Source of the DNA: Alphaproteobacteria bacterium
GTDB taxonomy: Bacteria; Pseudomonadota; Alphaproteobacteria; RF32; CAG-239
Direction of reading: 5' to 3'
DNA: 64,000 nucleotides
Assembly (NCBI GenBank): GCA_045577985.1
Contig: JAZNJJ010000025.1
Location: 42,488 to 106,487, forward strand
Shown here: one piece after another, positions 56,783 to 64,000 of the stretch
Position numbering within the stretch: the first letter of the stretch is position 1
Layout: every line of letters starts with the position of its first letter
The notes under the pieces: model-generated
What the model was told of the DNA's origin: nothing
Database searches by the model: none
Seen by the model: only the letters and a program-made list of their open reading frames with translations
Program-made: the position numbers and the translations under genes

Positions 56783-58036
56783 ATGAAAAAGGTTTTAACA
56801 TTAACCGCCTTGAGCACAATTTTATTGTCATCTTCGGCAATGGCTGCAGGTTTTCATTTAAGAGAACAATCAGCTGCTGCGCAAGGTAATGCATTTGCAG
56901 GTGCTACTGCCGGTGCAGAAAATATTTCGTATACATATTTTAATGTGGCAGGTTTAACACGTCACAGCGGAACACAGATGAATTTGGGCGCTTCTTATAT
57001 TGCACCTGAAGCTTCTGCTAAAAATGTTTATGAAGTTAATAATGACGGTAGTTTAGGACAACGCGGATCTGATATTCATAATATCGTACATTCTGCGGTT
57101 TCTCCAAATATTACCGTTTCTCACCAATTAGACTGCAAATCATTTATCGGTCTGGCTATTAATACTCCTTATGGTATGATTACAAAATATGATAGAGAGT
57201 GGGCTGGTTCTGATCATGGTATTACATCTGATTTAAAAACAGCAACAATTACACCTATGTTTGCGTATAAACCAACAGATAAATTATCTTTGGGTATTGG
57301 GTTACAAATTCAGTATGTTTGGGCTCATTTGACTAATAGTACAATGAATAAAGCTGTTTCTATTGTTAATTCTAACGGAGATGCTTTAGATTTTGGATAT
57401 CAATTAGGTGCGTTGTATGAGTTTGATAAATCTACACGTGTTGGTGTAGGATATCGCAGTCAAGTAAGACATAAATTAAATGGTGATATGGAAGCAACAT
57501 ATCCTAATCCTTTATTGAATCAGGATATTACAGCAAAGTTAGTTACACCGGCTATGTTATCTGTAGGTTTTTATCATGATGTTAATGATAAATGGTCTGT
57601 TATGGCTGAGTATCAGAGAGTTTTTTGGAGTTCGTTCAAAAATCTAACATTTGTTGGTGATGATATGAACTATCCAGGAAGTCCATATATCTCTCGTGTA
57701 AACGAAAGTTGGAGAGATGCTAATTTCTGGGCTGTTGGTACAAGTTATAAACTGGATGATCAATGGAAGTTGCGTTTAGGTTTAGCTTATGACCAAAGTG
57801 CAGTTCGTTTGAAACATAGAACTCCTCGTATTCCTGATTCTAATAGAATATGGTATTCTGTTGGTTTAGGATATCAATATAGTAGTAAGTTGAGTTTTGA
57901 TGCAGGTTTCACCTATATTAAGGCTCATGATGCAAAGATGAATACTTCTTATACCGGAAATGCAGGTAAGAATGTTTCTGCAGATTATACTAATTCTGTA
58001 AAAATCTTTGGATTGTCTGCAAATTATCGTTTCTAA
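56783..58036 (+). CDS. fadL: FadL/OmpP1 outer-membrane transporter
   Basis: AGFHLREQSA...GNAFAGA, RIPDSNR.W, C-terminal YRF. Confidence 0.88.
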   Translation: MKKVLTLTALSTILLSSSAMAAGFHLREQSAAAQGNAFAGATAGAENISYTYFNVAGLTRHSGTQMNLGASYIAPEASAKNVYEVNNDGSLGQRGSDIHNIVHSAVSPNITVSHQLDCKSFIGLAINTPYGMITKYDREWAGSDHGITSDLKTATITPMFAYKPTDKLSLGIGLQIQYVWAHLTNSTMNKAVSIVNSNGDALDFGYQLGALYEFDKSTRVGVGYRSQVRHKLNGDMEATYPNPLLNQDITAKLVTPAMLSVGFYHDVNDKWSVMAEYQRVFWSSFKNLTFVGDDMNYPGSPYISRVNESWRDANFWAVGTSYKLDDQWKLRLGLAYDQSAVRLKHRTPRIPDSNRIWYSVGLGYQYSSKLSFDAGFTYIKAHDAKMNTSYTGNAGKNVSADYTNSVKIFGLSANYRF

Positions 58037-58092
58037 TTCGATGATTTGAAAATAAAAAAGTCTGTCTTATAGGGGCAGGCTTTTTTTTATGG

Positions 58093-58935
58093 TTAATAGA
58101 TTAAATTGCTGGTTAATCCTCCTAGTATGCCACATGAGTATAGGAGGATTATTATTAAGATATTCTGTTTTATAGACTTATTTACTTTGAATAAAACCAA
58201 AATTCCTACACCTCCGCTAACTAAACTTCCTGTTAACAGAGTGCTTAGATTGATATAATTTTCTAAGTAAAGTTGGGTTAATATAACTGATGAAGAACAA
58301 TTAGGTATTAGGCCTAACAGACCGCTAAAGAGCTCTCCTAACAAAGGAATTTGTAAAAATGAGATAACTGATTTTTGAGGTAGGTAGTATAAAATTCCAT
58401 TTAATATAGATGAAAAAATTAAAATAAAAAACCAAATGTGAATTGAATGTAAAAAGGCAGGTTTTAATATTCCAGATTCACAATGACAGTTTTCATTTTC
58501 ACAGAGGGCTTCTATATTTATATTTTGAGAAGCTAATAAAAAATATTTATTTGCAAAATAATCAATGATGTAACCAAAAATTATCCCGCATATAATTTTG
58601 TATCCCAATATTTTGCAGATTAAAGATGTTGTTACATTATTAGAGATTAAAATTGGAAGCATTTCATCTGAAGTTGATAAAAAAATGGCTATCAGAGTTC
58701 CCATAGTTATAATTTTAGCTGCAAAAAGATTTGAAGCTATAACAGAAAATCCACATTGAGGTAATGCTCCTAATAAACTTCCGAAAAAGGGGCCACTATT
58801 TTTAGATTTTTGGATTAAAGCTGTTGTTCTTTCATTTGTTTTATGTTCAATATATTCTAAAAATATATATGTTATAAATAACACAGGAAATAATTTTAAG
58901 TTTTCTAAAAAAGTGTGTAGTAATTGGTGTAACAT
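58093..58935 (-). CDS. putative metal transporter membrane protein (DUF2899-like)
   Basis: LG.LPQCGFS, STSDE, GLIPNC.SSV, Cys/His loop CENENCHC. Confidence 0.75.
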   Translation of the reverse strand: MLHQLLHTFLENLKLFPVLFITYIFLEYIEHKTNERTTALIQKSKNSGPFFGSLLGALPQCGFSVIASNLFAAKIITMGTLIAIFLSTSDEMLPILISNNVTTSLICKILGYKIICGIIFGYIIDYFANKYFLLASQNINIEALCENENCHCESGILKPAFLHSIHIWFFILIFSSILNGILYYLPQKSVISFLQIPLLGELFSGLLGLIPNCSSSVILTQLYLENYINLSTLLTGSLVSGGVGILVLFKVNKSIKQNILIIILLYSCGILGGLTSNLIY

Positions 58936-59220
58936 TTTATTCTCATTTAATTAAAATTGATGTATCGTAAATTTTTTTATGCAATTATGCAAGTGTAAAA
59001 ATATAATTTTAGCGTAAATTTATGCAAAGTTGTTTTAGTTGAAAAATCTTTGTTTTTAGGGATGAAAACGGTGCCTTTTTAAAGAAAAAAACTTGATTTT
59101 TATAGGGGGTGTGATATAAGCTTGTCATAAACTTTTTTGTTTACATAATAATGATATTATAACAGAGGCAAAGTCTTTATTATTTTATCTTTTAAAATCA
59201 ACTTATGAGGATATTTATAA

Positions 59221-62200
59221 ATGTCAGATGTGAAAATGAAAATGATGGATGCAAATGAAGCTTGTGCCTCAGTAGCACACCGCATGAATGAAGTCTGTGT
59301 TATTTACCCAATTACTCCATCTTCTCCTATGGGAGAATGGGCTGATGCGTGGTCTGCGGCAAAACAGAAGAACTTATGGGGAGTGATTCCTGAAGTTCAA
59401 GAAATGCAGTCAGAGGCTGGTGCAGCGGGAGCTTGTCATGGTTCATTACAAGCAGGAGCTTTAACAACAACGTTTACTGCTTCTCAAGGTTTATTGTTAA
59501 TGATTCCTAATATGTATAAAATTGCCGGTGAATTAATGCCTTTTGTTATGCATGTTGCGGCTCGTTCTTTAGCTTATCATGCATTATCTATTTATGGAGA
59601 TCATTCCGATGTTATGGGATGCCGTCAAACTGGTTTTGCTATGTTAAGTTCAAATTCAGTTCAGGAAGCAGGGGATATGGCAGCTATTGCACAAACAGCT
59701 ACATTACGTTCAAGAGTTCCTTTTCTACATTTCTTTGATGGTTTCCGTACTTCTCATGAAATTAAGAAAATTAAATTACTTTCAAATGACGATTTGAAAG
59801 CTATGTTGGAAGGCGTTAACTATAAATTCAATGCAGAGCATGCTTTACGTCCAGAAGCTCCAGTTATTCGTGGAACAGCTCAAAATCCGGATGTGTTTTT
59901 TCAAGGTCGCGAAGCTGCTAATTCTTACTATGATAAGGTTGAAGCTATCGTTCAAGAAGAAATGGATAAGTTTGCAAAAATTACAGGGCGTCAGTATAAT
60001 GTTATTGATTATGTTGGAGCTGAAGATGCTGAAAATGTAATTGTAGTTATGGGATCGGGTGCTGAGACTGTTGAAGAGACAATTGAATACTTAAATTCTA
60101 AGGGGGCTAAATTAGGTGTATTGAAGGTTCATTTATATCGTCCATTCCCGACAGAAGCCTTTTTAAAGGCTTTGCCTAAGACAGTTAAAGTTGTTTCTGT
60201 TTTGGATAGAACTAAAGAATCCGGTTCATTAGGTGAGCCTTTGTATTTAGATGTTGTTACAGCTTTGTCTCAGGCATTTTCTAATGGAAAAATAGCTACA
60301 TTACCTAAAATTTATGGCGGTCGTTATGGTTTATCTTCAAAAGAATTTACTCCTGCAATGGTTAAAGCTGTGTTTGATAATGCTGTTTCCAATAATCCAA
60401 TTAATGGATTTACGGTTGGAATTATTGACGATGTAACCCACAAGTCTTTAGAGTATGATGCAAGTTTTGATGTTGAACCGAATGATGTTGTTAGAGCTGT
60501 ATTTTTTGGTTTAGGTGCTGATGGTACTGTGGGGGCGAATAAAAATTCTATTAAAATTATTGCAGAAGATGCTGGAAAGTATGGTCAAGGTTATTTTGTT
60601 TACGACTCCCGTAAATCTGGTTCTATGACAACATCTCATTTGCGTTTTTCAGATAATCCAATTCGTTCAGCTTATCTGATTACATCAGCAGATTTCGTTG
60701 CTTGTCATCAATTTCAATTTTTGAACAAAGTTGATATACTTCATATAGCTAAAGAAGGGGCAACCTTTTTATTAAATGCTCCTTATAAAGCTGATGAAGT
60801 ATGGGATCATCTTCCAATTGAAGTTCAAGAGCAAATTATTGCAAAAAAATTGAAGTTCTACACAATTAATGCAATTGAAGTTGCTCGAGCTACAGGTATG
60901 GGGCAAAGAATTAATACTGTTATGCAAACATGTTTCTTTGCTATTTCAAACATCTTACCAAAAGATGAAGCAATTGCTCAAATTAAGGCAGCAATTAGAA
61001 AAACTTATAGCAAAAAAGGAGAAGCTGTTGTTCAAAAGAACTATGAAGCTGTTGATGCTTCTTTAGCTCATATGTTTGAAGTTAAATATCCTGATTATGT
61101 AACTTCAAAGTTTCATCGTTTGGCGCCTGTACCAGTAAATGCACCTGAGTTTGTTAAAGGTTTAACAGCAAAATTAATTGCTGATAAAGGAGATAGTGTT
61201 AAAACTTCTGAATTACAGACTGTTGTTGATGGTACATGGCCAACAGCAACGACCCAATATGAAAAACGTTGCATAGCTACGGAAATTCCTGTTTGGGATG
61301 CAGAATCTTGTATTCAATGTGGTAAATGTTCTATTGTTTGTCCTCATGGTGTAATTCGTATGAAAGTAGCATCAGAAGAACAATTGAGAGATGCACCGAA
61401 TACTTTAAAATTTGCTGATTATAAGGGTAAAGAGTTTGCTGGTAAGAAATTTATATTCCAGATTTCTCCGGAAGATTGTACCGGTTGTGGAGTATGTGTT
61501 TCAGCTTGTCCTGTTAAAAATAAAATAAATCCTGAATTACATGCAATTAATATGGATTATATTGAAAATCATCTGGATGAGGAAAAGGCTAATTGGAAAT
61601 TCTTTGAAACTCTTCCATACGTTAAGAGAACTGAAGTTGTTAAGAATATGCCGAAGACAACGCAAATGATTCAGCCTTTGTTTGAATTTTCCGGTGCTTG
61701 TGCCGGTTGTGGTGAAACACCATATATCAAATTGTTAACACAATTATTTGGTGATCGCATGGTTATTGCCAATGCTACTGGTTGTACATCAATTTATTCC
61801 GGTAATTTACCAACAACTCCTTATTGTAAGGATGAAAAAGGACATGGTCCTGCTTGGGCAAATTCTTTGTTTGAAGATAATGCCGAATTTGGTTTAGGTA
61901 TGAGGGTATCAATTGATCATGGAACAATGACAGCTAAATCATTATTAGATAGTTTGAAGGATAAAGTTGGTGATATTGCCGATAAGATTTTAAATAATCC
62001 TCAAACAAATGATATCGAAATTGATAATCAACGTGATAATGTTGCTGCTTTGCGTGAAAAATTGGCAACGATTAATACAGAAGAAGCTAAGCACTTAGAT
62101 GAAATTGCAGATTATTTGATTAAAAAATCTGTATGGATTATTGGTGGTGATGGTTGGGCCTATGATATTGGATTTGGTGGTTTAGATCATGCAATAGCAT

Positions 62201-62769
62201 CTGGTCGGAATATCAATATATTAGTTGTAGATACAGGTGTTTACTCAAATACAGGCGGTCAACAATCAAAGGCAACTCCAATGGGGGCATCTGCTAAATT
62301 TGCAACAGCAGGTAAAGAATTACCAAAGAAAGATTTAGCAATGATTGCAATGTCTTATGGTAATGTCTATGTTGCTCAAGTATCTATGGGTGCTAATGAT
62401 ATGCAAGTTATTAAAGCGATGAATGAAGCTGAAGCATTTGATGGTCCATCTATTATTATTGCTTATTGTCCTTGTATAAATCAAGGATTAAATATGTCTG
62501 ATGGCTTGAATCATCAAAAAATTGCTGTTGAAACAGGTAGTTGGCCTTTATACCGTTATAATCCTGATAACGTAAAAGAAGGAAAGGCTCCTTTGATGTT
62601 AGATTCCAAGGCTCCTTCTAAACCATTGGCAGACTTTATGGCTAGTGAGACTCGTTTCCAAGTTGTGAATAAAGCCAATCCAGAACGCTATGAAATGTTA
62701 TTGAATAAAGCTCAAAAGAATGTTGATGAAAAACGTTCATTATTAGAGCATATGTCTCAATATAAATAA
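59221..62769 (+). CDS. nifJ: pyruvate:ferredoxin/flavodoxin oxidoreductase
   Basis: YPITPSS, MQSEAGA, two CxxCxxC clusters, ACAGCGE, GGDGWAYDIG. Confidence 0.97.
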   Translation: MSDVKMKMMDANEACASVAHRMNEVCVIYPITPSSPMGEWADAWSAAKQKNLWGVIPEVQEMQSEAGAAGACHGSLQAGALTTTFTASQGLLLMIPNMYKIAGELMPFVMHVAARSLAYHALSIYGDHSDVMGCRQTGFAMLSSNSVQEAGDMAAIAQTATLRSRVPFLHFFDGFRTSHEIKKIKLLSNDDLKAMLEGVNYKFNAEHALRPEAPVIRGTAQNPDVFFQGREAANSYYDKVEAIVQEEMDKFAKITGRQYNVIDYVGAEDAENVIVVMGSGAETVEETIEYLNSKGAKLGVLKVHLYRPFPTEAFLKALPKTVKVVSVLDRTKESGSLGEPLYLDVVTALSQAFSNGKIATLPKIYGGRYGLSSKEFTPAMVKAVFDNAVSNNPINGFTVGIIDDVTHKSLEYDASFDVEPNDVVRAVFFGLGADGTVGANKNSIKIIAEDAGKYGQGYFVYDSRKSGSMTTSHLRFSDNPIRSAYLITSADFVACHQFQFLNKVDILHIAKEGATFLLNAPYKADEVWDHLPIEVQEQIIAKKLKFYTINAIEVARATGMGQRINTVMQTCFFAISNILPKDEAIAQIKAAIRKTYSKKGEAVVQKNYEAVDASLAHMFEVKYPDYVTSKFHRLAPVPVNAPEFVKGLTAKLIADKGDSVKTSELQTVVDGTWPTATTQYEKRCIATEIPVWDAESCIQCGKCSIVCPHGVIRMKVASEEQLRDAPNTLKFADYKGKEFAGKKFIFQISPEDCTGCGVCVSACPVKNKINPELHAINMDYIENHLDEEKANWKFFETLPYVKRTEVVKNMPKTTQMIQPLFEFSGACAGCGETPYIKLLTQLFGDRMVIANATGCTSIYSGNLPTTPYCKDEKGHGPAWANSLFEDNAEFGLGMRVSIDHGTMTAKSLLDSLKDKVGDIADKILNNPQTNDIEIDNQRDNVAALREKLATINTEEAKHLDEIADYLIKKSVWIIGGDGWAYDIGFGGLDHAIASGRNINILVVDTGVYSNTGGQQSKATPMGASAKFATAGKELPKKDLAMIAMSYGNVYVAQVSMGANDMQVIKAMNEAEAFDGPSIIIAYCPCINQGLNMSDGLNHQKIAVETGSWPLYRYNPDNVKEGKAPLMLDSKAPSKPLADFMASETRFQVVNKANPERYEMLLNKAQKNVDEKRSLLEHMSQYK

Positions 62770-62780
62770 TTCAGCGTAAT

Positions 62781-62819
62781 AAAAAATCTCTCTTATTTTG
62801 CAATAAGAGAGATTTTTTT
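62781..62819 (+). terminator. intrinsic terminator
   Basis: AAAAAATCTCTCTTATT TTGC AATAAGAGAGATTTTTTT. Confidence 0.85.
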
Positions 62820-62883
62820 AATTATTAAATATTTTTTGTAATTTAATGTTTATAACGATTATATAAATGAATGAGAGGCATAA

Positions 62884-63222
62884 ATGATTTCAGTTAGGCA
62901 GTATATTGGAAAAAAAGTTAAAGTTATAATGGATAGGCCAAAAGGTAGCAGACATCCTAAACATGGTTTTATTTATCCTGTTAATTATGGATATGTACCT
63001 AATACAATTTCTGGTGATGGAGAAGAGTTGGATGCATATGTTTTAAGTATTGATGAAGCTATAGATGTTTTTAATGGAGTTTGTATAGCAGTTGTTCATC
63101 GTACAAATGATGATGACGATAAATTGATAGTAGTTCCAGATGGAGTAAATATCTCAGATGAAGATATTGAAAATCAAACTTCTTTTCAGGAAAAATGGTT
63201 TAATCATATTATTTTGCGATAG
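62884..63222 (+). CDS. short inorganic pyrophosphatase family protein
   Basis: YPVNYGYVP.T..GDGEELD, DDKL. Confidence 0.82.
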   Translation: MISVRQYIGKKVKVIMDRPKGSRHPKHGFIYPVNYGYVPNTISGDGEELDAYVLSIDEAIDVFNGVCIAVVHRTNDDDDKLIVVPDGVNISDEDIENQTSFQEKWFNHIILR

Positions 63223-63307
63223 ATTTACGTCAAATATATTTAATTATTGACAAAAATTATTAATAATGTTATAAATGTGTCGATAATTAATTTTTTATAT
63301 ACAGTTT

Positions 63308-64000
63308 ATGGAAGAGCAAGTTAAACGGACCTTTGTGTCTGAATTAGTGTCTTATGCAAACCATACAAATGATTGGTTAGCTGTTTTAACATGTGCTACT
63401 CGGACGCATGATTGGAAGGTTTTACGTCTCGTTTGTCAAAAGAAGCCGAAAATGGATATTGCTTCTTTTGAAATGTTTGTGAAAGCTTACGGAATGCTTC
63501 GGAGTATGAAGGGTATTCATGATACGCCTGTTTTAGTGCGAGAGAGTATGGAGGATTTAATTTTTTATCATCAATTACTTCCTCTTAATCTTGAGACATT
63601 TAACGATTTCAAAAGGTGGAACAAGGCATTGGCAAGTTTCTTTGTGAAATCTAAAGAATGTAAAAGCTATGAAGATGATGTTATTGAACAAAGAGTTTTC
63701 GGCTGGTGGCAGAATATTTGTAAAAAACATCCGGTGTGTGTGAATATTTTTGAAAAAATGGGTGAAGCAGAACTAGATGTTCTCGGACGAACAGAGTGGG
63801 CTACACTCTTTTCAAACGATATCCTTTTTGAAAATGGATATTATTATCTTCTTTTGAGATATGGGCAAGTCGACTATTTACTTCGAAGAGGAAAAGCAAA
63901 TTATGTAATTGAGAACTTTGATGAGTTACTTGATAACATATTTTTATCTAAAGAAGTTTGTTGTCGTTTGGCTAGGTTGGTGAATGAAGATATGATGGTT
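63308..64000 (+). CDS. hypothetical protein, truncated at window edge
   Basis: Open frame of 231 codons (MEEQVKRTFVSELVSY...) to the window end, preceded by TTGACA-N17-TATAAA. Confidence 0.7.
   Translation, partial: MEEQVKRTFVSELVSYANHTNDWLAVLTCATRTHDWKVLRLVCQKKPKMDIASFEMFVKAYGMLRSMKGIHDTPVLVRESMEDLIFYHQLLPLNLETFNDFKRWNKALASFFVKSKECKSYEDDVIEQRVFGWWQNICKKHPVCVNIFEKMGEAELDVLGRTEWATLFSNDILFENGYYYLLLRYGQVDYLLRRGKANYVIENFDELLDNIFLSKEVCCRLARLVNEDMMV

Noticed and set aside
633-61066. Many short antisense or nested ORFs in the track (e.g. 633..890, 11874..12137, 21376..21747, 29041..29499, 29755..30105, 59831..60040)
   Set aside because: Shadow frames of well-supported genes, with no RBS or motif

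Overview
Very AT-rich bacterial chromosome segment, gene-dense and mostly housekeeping (greA, folA, thyA, hup, rnhB, alr, ihfA, polA, gpsA, mlaAC, uup, hemW, dgkA, bamE, rpmF-plsX-fabH, tadA, rluB, rsmD, mnmA, ssb, nifJ, three tRNAs). Gene content and order (ihfA-merR, bamE/yceD/rpmF/plsX/fabH, outer-membrane genes) point to an Alphaproteobacterium. nifJ plus G|RSMIEML-type pilins suggest an anaerobic, host-associated lineage (inference). No CRISPR array, rRNA, intact transposase, integrase or prophage was seen. The most striking unexplained structure involves two paralogous, solitary type IV pilin-like genes 24 kb apart. Each carries the same upstream architecture: a 32-bp palindrome (TGTCCGAAAAAAGGGATCCCTTTTTTCGGACA) abutting the RBS, a 73-74 bp spacer with an IHF-like site at an identical offset, and a second palindrome 105-106 bp (centre to centre) from the first. 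This is a candidate undescribed pilin switch (DNA loop, inversion, methylation or attenuation). One locus is also flanked by a structured ~150-bp element resembling an IS200/IS605 right end or omega-RNA without tnpB. Other oddities: a family of SD-less solitary ORFans with their own promoters (two are paralogs with a C-type-lectin/DUF1566-like tail), a eukaryote-type phosphomannomutase upstream of folA-thyA, a motor-only FtsK, and a peroxiredoxin with a Cys-rich extension. All calls come from reading the sequence; no database searches were run.
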